A DNA stretch of 64,000 bases from contig JBHGNT010000014.1 in the NCBI GenBank assembly GCA_043228905.1, positions 12,152,001 to 12,216,000 of the forward strand. The letters are read 5' to 3'. Under the pieces are notes generated by a model, which was given only the letters and a program-made list of their open reading frames with translations, did not search any database and was not told where the DNA came from. This stretch comes from Azolla caroliniana (Eukaryota > Plantae > Polypodiophyta). This document shows, piece by piece, positions 12,071-24,119 of this stretch (position 1 is its first letter; each line of letters begins with the position of its first letter). A program made the translations under genes and the position numbers.

Positions 12071-13080
12071 TGAACATGATGAGGAAGATTGATTTGCATT
12101 GAGCATATGCAAATTCATGGTATGTTTCAACTATTGAGGACTTAGCGCTCAATCAAGTCTATCAAACGAAGGATTCATGGCTAGCCATTGTCTTAAACAA
12201 GACGGGTTGGGGAAGGATAATCACTTCCTTTCCATCATTTTATATTTTGTAGCTGATATGCATTTTAAAACTAATGGAAGGATATGTTTTCTTAAAATAA
12301 ATACAATGGGATAGACATTAATAACCTACCTCCCCTTAAGTACAACCATGGAACTGATCAAACTTTAATCTCTCATTAGGACCATAATAAAGTAGTACGC
12401 CAAGAAATATGGCAAATTTACACCCGATATAAATGGATCACCCCACGAGAGTCACTCCCATCTAAAATGTTGTACTATAAGGAAGACTTCATGCACTTCT
12501 CTATGTTAGGTTTTATTACACGACCAAAATATCTAGATACATTCTTATCAAATGCGCTAAGGGTAGCCACTGGACAACTTAGGATATCATCTCACCAACT
12601 TGAGATTGAGAATGGTCATGCTAATAGAGTCCTTAGAGAGGAAAGACTATGTAGGTTATGTCGCATAGAGATAGAGTATGAGTATTACTTTACATGCAAG
12701 TGTCCAACTTATGCCGAGATAAGGGCGAAATACCAAGACATACTAGGACCCTCTCCAAACTATTAGATTCCCCGGATAAAAAGAGAGTAGGTAGGTATAT
12801 CTTAGAGCTAAAACAACATAGGGAGAATAAAGTACAAAGTGTTAACCATAACCATTTTAATATTCACATTTAAATAAATAGAGCAGAAAGTATGTAAACC
12901 CTAGAAAAATAAATACATAAACTTAATTTCATACTTTCACGCCTTGGTCGCCTTCTTCTTCTTCTTCTTCTTCTTCCTTCTTCTATACTTCACTCGACTG
13001 CTTCCCCCCTTCATTCGCCTGTGACAAAAGACGCGCTTAGAGACACGACTGACACTCGCGAGGGAGATTCTGAGATAGCC

Positions 13081-14571
13081 ATGGCATCCACCAGCATACC
13101 TGCTCCCACCCCTAGCGAGAAGCTCCGTAAAGAAGGGAACAAGGTCTACAAGCAACTCACGGATCCATCCTTGTCGACTTCATTCGGCCCTGTCCTTAGG
13201 AAAGCCAAACTAGATCGTGCGAAAGACCTTTACCACCAAGCCATGGCTGCTAGCACTTCTTCAGATGAAAGAGCTTCTTGTTCCAAGAACCTTGCTTCTC
13301 TTGGCTATCTGTTTTGCCGAACTTATGTTGAGCACACGTTGTTGATTCCTGTCCAGAAAGAAGAAGATCTTCAAGATCCACATCAAGCCATGATCACCCT
13401 GAAATTCTATGTGTCTGAGGCCGTGCGGAACTTTGTTGCTGCGCTCCGCTATGGTACGAATGAGATTGATGCTAATCATCCATGCAAACCAAAGGCATGG
13501 ATAGATATGCTCATCCTTTCTGTCACCGATTTCATCAAATGGATCACTGACACATCTCTCCTTCTTCGGTTTCCTCATTCTCCCCTCCTCCAATACCTTT
13601 GTGATGCTTTCTCGGACCATCTTACATCTTTCACACCTCAAAACAATCATGGCCATCTTCAGCAAATTGAAGCTCCCTTAATAATTCGAGCATTCAAGAA
13701 CTACTCAGAGGCACTTTTTAACGAGGCTCTAACCAAACAACTACCTGATAAAAGCAACATTGACTATGCTGCTTGTGCACGGTTGCTCCATGATTGTGAT
13801 GTGCCCTTACGGAAAACCATCTCGCATCTACCGCATTTAGCCGCAACAGAAGAATACAAGAACTTAGTAGAAGAGGTTCACATGCTCGAGATCTCTGTCT
13901 CTATTCACCATTGCATATGTGAAGGCCTGCGAAACCTTGCGCTGGGTGACAAAGCTCTATCCAAAGCTTTAATGGACGATGAGGATCTTAACATGGATAG
14001 GGTGAAAGATTCATTGGACTATTATCGGCAAGCTTCAATTGCAACACATGGAAAGGACATGGAGATGGAGGCAATTGCCATGCATCGGATTGGAAAGGTA
14101 TATGGAGATGTTAATAAGATGGCAAGTACTGCGCACAAGTACCACTTCCAATGCGTGAGGCTCGCTCACACGGTCATGTCACCCCGGATCAAGCAATCAG
14201 ATTGGTACAAATACTCATTAGAGAAGGTGCAAGAGCATCAAGAGAAAGTAGTCCAAGAGGAGAAAGTGGAATATGAAAAGAGTAGAGAGCATATAGTGCA
14301 AAGATTGAAGATCAAAATCAACAAACTTTCTGAAGAAGCTAACAAGAGTGCAGAATCTTTCCTCATGTTTCTGTATAATGAGTATGCACACCCAGATTTG
14401 ACGAGGAATATTATACCCAATCTTGATACCAAAGAGCATGTGAAACAAAGCTTAAAGAAGGCGATCCTTCATTACCATCCAGACCACAATGCGACGTATA
14501 ATGAAGATTGGAAAGTGTTGTGCGATGAGATTTGCAAGCACCTCACTTGTAAGTATGAATGTTTCAAGTAG
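13081..14571 (+). CDS. Intronless 496-aa alpha-helical TPR-like protein with C-terminal J-domain-like HPD motif
   Basis: Uninterrupted ORF from GCC-ATG-G; upstream (CTT)n leader; TPR-like EKLRKEGNKVY and EAIAMHRIGKVYGD; LKKAILHYHPDHN..WKVLCDEICKHL at the C-terminus. Confidence 0.8.
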   Translation: MASTSIPAPTPSEKLRKEGNKVYKQLTDPSLSTSFGPVLRKAKLDRAKDLYHQAMAASTSSDERASCSKNLASLGYLFCRTYVEHTLLIPVQKEEDLQDPHQAMITLKFYVSEAVRNFVAALRYGTNEIDANHPCKPKAWIDMLILSVTDFIKWITDTSLLLRFPHSPLLQYLCDAFSDHLTSFTPQNNHGHLQQIEAPLIIRAFKNYSEALFNEALTKQLPDKSNIDYAACARLLHDCDVPLRKTISHLPHLAATEEYKNLVEEVHMLEISVSIHHCICEGLRNLALGDKALSKALMDDEDLNMDRVKDSLDYYRQASIATHGKDMEMEAIAMHRIGKVYGDVNKMASTAHKYHFQCVRLAHTVMSPRIKQSDWYKYSLEKVQEHQEKVVQEEKVEYEKSREHIVQRLKIKINKLSEEANKSAESFLMFLYNEYAHPDLTRNIIPNLDTKEHVKQSLKKAILHYHPDHNATYNEDWKVLCDEICKHLTCKYECFK

Positions 14572-14979
14572 CTACATAGTTTTCAACATACATTATGTCC
14601 CAAAACAAAAACTTTTTGTAGATAATCCTTATGTTTGTATTCCTCATTCACATCACCATTGATGTTGTTGATGCAACTAGTGTGTATGGTAGTAGTTCCG
14701 TGACTATCACTAATGTTGCTCTTTTCAATGTCACCTTTCATGCACTATAGAATCATCCATCAAACAAGAGACAATCATGTCCACATGTCTCCAACAGGGA
14801 GTGTGGACATGGTCTAGATCCCATTATTGTGTGTTTCTCAAAGGTTATTCGATTGTATTGACCAATAACTAAATTTGTTCAGTTTGTTTGTAAATGGCTA
14901 TATTTGTAGATATGTAGGTTTAGTTAGCATTCAATAGATGCAAAATTCATGTTTGTATGTGTCCTAGAACATGCTACAA

Positions 14980-15266
14980 CAACATGATATCTATAAATTA
15001 AAATTAATTTAGATTTGGCATACACGTTGATAAAAGGGGGACAATATATATGACCTCTTAATATTTCAGTATTGACATGTTGAACTCCAGATAGGACTTG
15101 GCTCATATATTTTGTATGAAGGCAACATGATATCTATAAATTAAAATTAATTTAGATCTGGCATACATGTTGAAAAAGGGGGACAATATATATGACCTCT
15201 TAATATTTCGGTATTGACATGCTGAACACCAAATCGGACTTGGCTCATATATTTTGTATGAAGGCA
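14980..15266. repeat. Two-copy tandem duplication, ~143 bp unit
   Basis: aacatgatatctataaattaaaattaatttagat recurs at 14981 and 15124. Confidence 0.9.
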
Positions 15267-15891
15267 ATGCCCTTATTGAATTTTAGCAATTGTTTTTAAA
15301 CCATGTGCCAAAGGGAGAACTTATGATAGCTTGGGTTAACCACTACCAGTTTTGTACACACCTAGATGTTGGTTTGAAATGAACAAATTAGGCTATTGTC
15401 ATAAGCTTAAAAGGAACAAGGTACATATATTGAACTCCTAATCTCTCTAAACAAAATTCTCCTTTTAGCCACCAAGATATTTTAGGATGCAATGTTTGTT
15501 TGTATTAACAATGTAATATGATATTGTCATCTTAGCATTCAAATGGTTGTAAGAATATCTAGTGACGATCATGTGGTAGCATGCATGACTTGAAGTGCGC
15601 TATGTATTGTTTTTTTTCTCTAAAACATTATTCTTCATTAGTAGAAATTTTGTATACATGACGAAATAATTAGGCTAAAAACATTACAATGGGTCTAGCC
15701 ATGATGACCTATGAAAACAACAAAGGAGAATGAAAGACGAAGAAAGAATGAAATTGAAAATCCTGTATGTATTGAACGTAGAACTTAGTGGACCATTGTA
15801 AAGAAATGGAGAGTGCGGGTGATGTCGTGCAGCAAAAGGAAACTCTATGTGTGTGTGTGTGTGTGTGTCACACACACACACACACAGACGG

Positions 15892-16319
15892 TGTCACGAA
15901 CACACCAAGTGCGGACTAAGACAGAGCACAGATGATGAGGCTACGACGGAGCGATGACGGAATGACACAAGAGCATAAAGATAGAGATGAAGATTAAGGA
16001 GAGAAGATGGGCGAAACGAGAATATACTAGATTGATATGTCCATGACTGGCGTTGTTCACCTTGAATTCCTTCAAGGTGAACTCAACTATTTATACTAAG
16101 TGGCATGCATACATGTTGCATGCATCTGATATAATAGAGCATGTAGGCAGTAGGTACACATGCATGTGCCAAGTGTAAATAATACGAGGGAGAAATTATG
16201 CACATGATGCTTGCTAAAACCTACAATGAGGAAGTATATACATGATTATATGCTAGATGTGTGGTTAACACTTGACACTCGATTATAACATGGTCATGTC
16301 AAGGGTTCGAATCTTGACA
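15892..16319 (-). mobile_element. Solo LTR of the same family as the non-autonomous element at 39708-47332
   Basis: TGTCA..TGACA, 428 bp, perfect TSD GACGG, clear similarity to 39708-40134. Confidence 0.95.
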
Positions 16320-17221
16320 GACGGAGATAGAGAACAAGAAATTGTATTAGCAAGAAACGATTACAAGCAAAAATACATCCAACCGTTAACTAGGTTACAA
16401 AAGAGCGGGTTTAAATACCAACTAACTTAGGGTAGCAACCCTTTCTACTATTTACAAATCCTGCATGAACCTAGTGTGTCCTTTGTTAATGTGAAAGCCA
16501 TTAGATTGGGAAAGTTGGGTTTGACTCTCAACACGTCCCTTAAAACACAACTTCCTGTCGCCAGAAAAGTCGTCTTGCTGTTTGTGTCATTTCGGGTTTC
16601 TAAATTCCTTGACTTTGTGTCCAAATGGTCAGTTGGGTCAACTTCAACTAGTCGATTGGTATATGTTCTCCTTCGTCCAATTACTTCGTGCTCCTTGTTC
16701 GACTAACCTGTTTGTTCGTTCGACTGCTAAGTTTGGCTTCGTGCTTCAACTCCCCTTGGTCAGTTGTGTTGCTACTTCGACTACTCCTTTGATCGACTGC
16801 TACTTGGTTGTTGTGTTGTACTGGTCAATTATGTTGTAGTCCCCCTCAAGCTCGACAATGCGGATATCATTAGACCAAGGTCCGACATAAATTGCCTGAG
16901 CTTGTGGAATCTTAAGGCTTTTGTGAAGATGTTGACTACTTGAAGGTTTGTGTTAATGTGTTCTATCCTGCAGGTCAACATTGCCACCCTGAACGTCTTC
17001 TCTATGAAGTAATAGTGCACTTTGATATGATTTGTGCACGGGTGGGGCACCGAGTTCCGAGCTAGATGAATAATGTTGATGTTGTTCCAATAAGGGAAAT
17101 TGTATCCTTGATAGGAACACTAGATCTTTCAATATTCGTTCGAGCCAAACGACTTCATAGGCTGCAATGGCCGCGCCCCTATACTTGGCTTCTGTGCTTG
17201 ACAATCAGATGTTTTTTGCTA

Positions 17222-17520
17222 CTTCAGTAGATAGCTCCAATACCGAGGGAAAAGAATAATCTCCAGGTCGATCATATGTCAACCTGGTAGCTAGCCTAGT
17301 CTGCGTTTGTGCACCCTTTGAACAACCGTTTCCGACTTATACAGGATCTCGTAATCCATTGTCCCACTAACTTCAGGAGATAGCTCCAATACCAAGGGAG
17401 AAAAATAATCTCCAGGTTGGTCATATGTCAACCTTGTAGCCGGCCTAGTCTGCATTTGTGTACCCTTTGAACAATCGTTTCTGACTTATACAGGATCTCG
17501 TAATCCATTGTCCAGTAACG
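17222..17520. repeat. ~150 bp tandem duplication in the Copia RNase H relic
   Basis: cttcag.agatagctccaatacc..gggag..aataatctccagg repeated at ~17222 and ~17371. Confidence 0.85.
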
Positions 17521-17799
17521 TACCTGAGTTCTCTCTTAGCACAAGGGTGAAAGCATGGGAGTGGAAACAATTAGCTATGTTCGTGACATAGCTAATTAGC
17601 TATGCAAAAAGCTACTAGTGATAAATAGTCCTTTTTGTACAATGAATGAAAGCATTAGAATTTTTTAATTATATAAACGTGCACCATAAATGGAAATGTG
17701 AACCATAAATTATATACCAAATTCCTAGGTCCATTATGCATGATCCATTGCCACATCACGTTGGCCATCACTTTGTGACTATTTAGGCTTAAATTACTA

Positions 17800-20700
17800 C
17801 CATTGTTCGCTCCTATTAAGTTCACTCCTCCATTGCCGCCATTCTACACTCCGTTGCCGCCACTGTTCGGTCCAGGATTTCTACCACTATTCAATCCGAC
17901 GGAGTTCACTCCTCCATTGTCACCATTGTACTCTCAGTTGCCGCCATTGTTCAGTTCTAGATTGTTGCCACTGTTCAATTTGACTGAGTTAGTTCCTCCA
18001 TTGCAGCCATTGTACACTCAGTTTTTACCACTGTTCGGGCCTGGATTGCAATAACTATTTGCTTTGACTGGTAGCCATTGCATCCACATCTTCGTCTGTT
18101 GATTATTGTTGACATATCAAGCTCAACTTAGTTTAGTCGTTTAGTCAATACACGTAACTTAGTAGTTACCTAAATAGAATCTAGTTAGTGTGTTGACCTT
18201 AAAGCCTTAAATAGGATTTTGTACTTGAGTAGGATACATTGTAGATCCTCCACTCCCATGTTCATTTAATATAGGACTTACACGTTTGTACCTATATTCT
18301 ACTCAAACATGTGCACCTTTGCACATGAGATGTATATATACCTCATTGTGCATATTTTTGTATTTGATGATGCTTTCTAATATAGTTAATCATCCCCCAT
18401 CTTGTCTTGTTGTTCATAAGTGTTAACTTCCTCTCTCTTCCTCTCACATACATACACACATACACTTAATCTTCCGCTTAACTTAATCACATATATAGTC
18501 ACTAATTAACCCATAGTTAATTACCTAATTCTTAACATGGTATCAGAGCGTGTGGTTTAGAAAATCCACTAAGCCCACCCGACTCCATGATTGTGTGTTT
18601 GAGACGCCGACGACAAATCCGGCTATCGGCTATTGTAGTGCCGCTACGTAGCACGTGTACGTGATCAAAGGAAGAAAAGACAAAAGGGAAGACATTACAA
18701 TAACATGAACACACAAATGGGTACCTCGCTCCCTAGTGAAAAGCTAGACCAGAGGAATTATTCATCTTGGGAGTACAAGATGAACCAATACCTTGTCATC
18801 CAAGGGTATTGGAGCTACATCAATGACGCACTCGAAAACAAACCCGACATCACAAACACCAAGTACCCAACGTGGGAGCAAGGAGCAAGTCAGGTAATGT
18901 ATTGCTTGGCAACATGTCTCCACGACCACATGCTTAGCCACATTCGAGACATCAAGACACCTAAAGAGGCGTGGGAGAACTTGAAGAAGATGTTTGCCAC
19001 CAACACGACCGCCCAAAAGCTTCAACATTGACAAGAGTTGAACAACATTCAACAAAAGGATATGTTTGTCTCAGACTACACTACCAAGATCAAGAGCATT
19101 TGCGACTCGCTTGGCTCCATCAACATAAACATTGACGAAGACGAGATGGTTCAAGTATGCTTGGGGGGCCTCGCACAACGATTGGACTCGTTGAGGATGG
19201 CAATCTTAGCGAGGGAAAACCCTACTTCTTTCTTCGACCTTCAATCAATGCTATTGGTCGAAGAGAACCACGTCCGAACAAAAAGCAAGACATCGGAAGG
19301 ACACATGTTCTTCTCAAATTCAGATGGTGGCCAAGAATGAGGATGAGGCGGTAGAAGAGGTCGATTCGATCCAAAGCTTCAACAACAAGAGGGAAGCTAT
19401 TGAGGAACCTTTGGAAGAAAGGGGAGCTTCAATGCCGAGCAAGGTCGGCAAACAAGGCCCACAACTTACAACTATTGCGGGAAAATCGGCCACCGCAAAG
19501 AGGAGTGTTGGAAAAAGAGAAGTGAGTTGGTCTATTCATAATGAGACATAGAGTGAACTCTACGTCAGTCTCCGACTCCACGAACAACCTCAACTCAGAA
19601 GACGTGTGGTTCGTCGACTCTGGTGCTTCGTATCATATGACGTCACACCAAGAGTGGTTCTGTGACTTAAAAACGCCGGACCGACCCGACTTCATAGAGA
19701 TGGGAGACGACACAACACATCCCATTCATCACATCGACAACGTTCCATTCGTCAACGACGGTCAAAACAATTGCATCAAGAATATATTGCACATTCCGAC
19801 AATAAAAAAGAATTTGGTCTCAGTTGGCCAAATCTTGGAGCAAGGCATGCAAGTTCGTTTCAACAACGAAGGATGCTTCATCGAGAAAGATGGCCGACTC
19901 ATAGCTAAAGGACGACAAGATGGTTGAATGTTCATACTCGATTCGAACGAGGTGAAATCGGCCATGTATGTCCAAGATCTCAAAACCAAGAAGAACATTG
20001 AATTGTGTCACAAACGAATCCACCACATAAACCTCCAATGACTTCAAGCAATGCAATCAAAGAGAGTCATCATCAGACTTCGGACCTTCGAGCCGAAACG
20101 AGTCGACCAAGTGTGCGAAGCATGACAAGTTGACAAACAACATCGACTCCCATTTCCGAAGGAGAGGTATGAAAGCAAAGGCCTCCATGACATCATACAC
20201 TCAGATGTATGGGGACCGGCTCAAACGCCGACGATCGGCGGATGCCGATACAACGTCACCTTCATCGACGACTACTCCTGCTACACGTGGATCTTTCCGA
20301 TGAAGAAGAAGAGCGAAGTGCTCTCCCACTTCCAAAAGCTCAAGGGCTAAGTCAGAAAAGAAATCGGTCGGCACATTAGATGCCCACGATCGGATGGAGG
20401 CAAGGAGTACTTCTCCGAAAAATTCATCTCCTACGTCCAATGTGAAGGCATTCGGAGAGAATTCTCATGCCGACACACAACCCAACAAAATGAAATTGCC
20501 TAAAGGAAGAATCAGCAAATATTTGAGGTAGCACACGCCATGATGCATGAGAAGCACATGCCAAACTTCTATTGGGTTGAAGTGGCATTTACGACCGTCT
20601 ATCTCATGAACCGGTGCACCACTAATGGAGTACATGAGCTTACTCCATACGAGCTCCTTGTTGGAAGGAAACCGATCCTATCGCACCTCAAAGTGTTCGG

Positions 20701-22555
20701 AAGCATTGCAAATGTACGCATCCCGAACGAACAATGACAGAAGCGCAATGTGAAGTCGGAGGAATGTATCCTCATAGGATACTCGTTCGTGAAGAAGGCA
20801 TATAAGTGCTAAAACCCTTCGACCCGAGCGGTTCGGGTGAGTCGAGACATAGTCTTCGACAAATCGGCATCTTGGTATAAGCCTAATTCAGCTCCACCCG
20901 ACCCAACCGAGGAAGAGTTGAATGTCAACTCGGAGGACGATATTCCGCCAAGTCCTTTACGAAAGGACAATCCAAGATCTACTGAGCTAAGTGGCCCACA
21001 TGAGTCTTCACGCAACCAAAGCACATCACGGCCAAGTCCGAACTTGGACAAAGGCAAAGGTAAGATGCCTAAATACGAAGTCGACACCCCGACGACAATG
21101 ATTCAGATGTTCGGCCCCCTCACTAGACAATAACTTTGGTGTACCCATCATGCGGACACCCAGAGTACAAAAGGCACTCATATCGGCGAGTGAAAAACTT
21201 CGACGCTCTTCTAGAGAGAAGAACCCCGTCACTCGGCTCAGCTACAATGAGTACATGGCCCGAACACAAGCTCGGGAGCCTGAGATCTCGTGACCCACGA
21301 TGGGTGGAAGCAGTCAGCCTTCGCCCATTTCAAACTACAAGCCTTCATCACCAGCTTGAGGGGGAGGAACCGAAACTACCATGAAAATGCCGACGTTGAA
21401 AGCCAAAATCAAAAGCTCGACACCGCCAAAAGCAAAACCAAATGTTGGATGCCTCACACTTGAGCTTGAGGGGGCGAGTTGAGATATCAAGCTCAACTTA
21501 GTTTAGTCGTTTAGTAAACACGCGTAACTTAATAGTTACTTAGAGAGAATCTAATTAGTGTGTTGACCTTAAAGCCTTGAGTGGGATACATTGTAGATTC
21601 TCCATTCCCATGTTCATTTAATATAGGACTTACACGTTTGAACCTATATTCTACTCACACATGTGCACCTTTGCACATGAGATGTATATATACCTCATTG
21701 TGAGTATTTTTGTATTTGATGATGCTTTCTAATATAGTTAATTATCCCCCATCTTGTCTCGTTGTTCATAAGTGTTAACTTCCTCTCTCTTCCTCGCACA
21801 CACATACACACATACCATTTAATCTTTCGCTTAACTTAATCACATAACTAGACACTAATTAACCCATAGTTAATTACCTAATTCTTAACAATTATCTTGT
21901 GTATTGTTGTGAATAATCTTGTGTATTGTCATCATTATACTCTCAGCTGTCGCCACTGTTCGGTTCCAGATTGCGGCCACCGTTCGATCCAATTGAGTTA
22001 GTTCCTCTAGTGGAAAGAAAAGTGCAAAGCACCTTCTTGCCAGTGATTCATCAAGATTGTTGCCGGTTCGATTTAAAGTTAAAAGAAAAGTGTTGCTTTG
22101 CTGGATTCGCAGATTATGGCTAGAAGATGATATTGGCTTCTTGCATGATCCTTCTGAATTTTACCAACGGAATTTCGAAATTGTTGGCACCACTTTTCAA
22201 TCTTGGATTTTTGCCACTGTTCGATCCGAATAAGTTAGTTCCTCCATTGCGACCATTGTATGCTCCGTTGGCACCACTGTTCGGTCCTGGATTGCTGCTA
22301 CTGTTCGATTCGACGGAGTACACTCCTCTATTTTCACCATTGTACTCTTAGTTGCCGCCACTATTCGGTTCTTGATTGTTGCCACTGTTCAATCCGACTG
22401 AGTTAGTTTCTCCATTGCGGCCATCTTAAGCTTAGTTGTCGCCCCTGTTCGGTCCTGGATTGCAATAAGTGTTCACGCCGACTGGTAGCCATTGCATCTA
22501 CATCTTCGTCTGTTGATTATCTTGTGTATTGTTGTGTATAATCTTGTGTATTGCA
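17800..22555. repeat. Minisatellite, ~84 bp unit (24+30+30 sub-repeats), in two blocks (17800-18106 and 21891-22555) separated by a Copia insertion
   Basis: Recurrent ccactgttcggtcctggattg / ccactgttcaatccgactgagtt / ccattgcggccattgtacactc. Confidence 0.85.
18107..21890 (+). mobile_element. Copia deletion derivative (gag, protease, integrase relics; RT and RNase H absent)
   Basis: LTRs 18107-18537 and 21477-21890; TSD ATTAT; PBS TGGTATCAGAGC 18538-18549; WFVDSGAS; HSDVWGP; jumps from DPRWVEA (~21300) straight to the PPT region. Confidence 0.93.
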
Positions 22556-24119
22556 GAATAACTTGTGTATTGTTGTTGCAAATAGTCATCACTATTCATT
22601 CATGACGATGGTTGAGTAGCTTTCACTCCGCTACAGCAAACATAAACTTACTGCCACTGTGTGCTCTTGCAAATGGTGGGATCGCTCCTGTCAATAACCG
22701 GTTTGCATGTGGTATAGTAACTAGCTACATGTCTTCTTTTGTTTCAATTTACTAATGAATATGTCAAGCCAAATGGAAGGAGGAGGGTGTTTACCAACAA
22801 CCCTCATGGATCATCAGGATAGGGATGACGTTATCAATACACAACAAGTGATATGAAAGTATTGGGCAGAGAAAAAAGGAAACATTGTCAACTTTTAAAG
22901 GATAAGAAAGACACATTCACTAAAGGTAAGGATAGTATTAGTTGCAATGTAGGTCTGAAAACCATTGAGAATGGAAGTAATAAGACTACTATCATAGAGA
23001 GAAAGGTTCTAGACTACTTCAATGTTTAGACCAAGCACATCAACAATGAAGACAAGAAGGTAGTACTTTATGAAATACTAAATGATCCATCGATAAAGGA
23101 GTTAGTTGATTCTGATGGTCTCAATGCAAACATAAAATCTGTACTAGTAAATAATCTTCGTAATAGTTTCGTATCCATGAGCAGGTTAGAAGATGATCTT
23201 GTCATAGAAAGGTCTAGTCTAATGATGTTACTTAATAGTGATGTTGACGATCTTAACATCAGTGTGCTATATAAGGTAATTTGTGTTAGTAGAAAAAGTG
23301 TGTACAATACAATGAACCGTATTATTTCAAGTGGTGAAGGAAGTAGTCTCCTAAAGCTAACAATAAGATGTAAGCCAGGTTGGATTGATTTTCTTGAGTT
23401 GCTTCAATGTAACTCCAATAGCCTTGGTCAACAAGGTATTGATGCATCTTGTATTCCCACGATGCAAAGTTCGACCTATCGAGTTTCTCAGTAGGAAGAG
23501 CACTTCCCAACTGAGTGTTCATGGTGTCGTTTTTTTTCTATGTTGTTGAGCCGGTTCTGTTTGATCGTGGGCATGGGACACAACACAGTTGAACAAGTTT
23601 TTCTCATACTACCACACAATTTGATACCATGTAAAGAAATGGAGAGTGTAGATGATCTCGTGCAGTAGAGGGAAACTGTGTGTGTTTGTGTAAGACAATA
23701 TCATTTTCAAAAGTAGTAGCAACTTTGGCCTCATTTCAGATTATGTATTCTTATGTGTCTTGCACTTGTGACTACTTTCCTGTACAATAAAATAACTTAC
23801 AAAATAGATTCCTATCATATTGTGAAAACCTTTAGAATAACCATTTTTGTTGTGTCAAATAATTCTATCTGAACATGTATGAGTGAAATTAAATCTTATA
23901 TTGATCTAATACAACCACAACATTGTCAATAGTCCTTTGTAAAATGGCATCATTTATACTCTTGATTATTATCCTTTGTCTTCAAATATCTTAACAGTGA
24001 TACATCCATGTAAGCGTTTTAATAGAGTATTACAAATATGAAACAAAAAATATGTATTAATTTAACTAGTTTGTTTTCCTACAACATTTTTAATTTAGGA
24101 AGAATGCAATCATTGTTAT

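Larger units (their letters stand above)
4262..12850 (+). mobile_element. Degenerate LINE ORF2 (RT and C-terminal Cys/His region), RTE/RTEX-like, split by two insertions
   Basis: PIHKVGDPMDPNTYRTIMIG and CFVDFRKAFDIVP before 4685; GVKQGCPLS and LLYADDIVL at 10520-10670; HQLEIENG..ERLCRLC..YYFTCKCPTY at 12467-12766; many stops and frameshifts. Confidence 0.85.
15797..23695 (-). mobile_element. Disrupted Copia element: 3' LTR 15797-16533, RNase H relic 16829-17525, gag start 23385-23522, PBS 23622-23629, truncated 5' LTR from 23630
   Basis: tgtaaagaaatggagagtg occurs at 15797 and 23630; SSTEAKYRGAAIA and HIKVHYYF; MNTQLGSALPTEKLDRSNFASW; TGGTATCA on minus strand. The middle is non-Copia DNA, so the two ends may belong to different copies. 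Confidence 0.65.

Noticed and set aside
17803-18054. Extensin or proline-rich protein gene
   Set aside because: TTG start, no signal peptide, and stops in neighbouring repeat units; best explained as a minisatellite.
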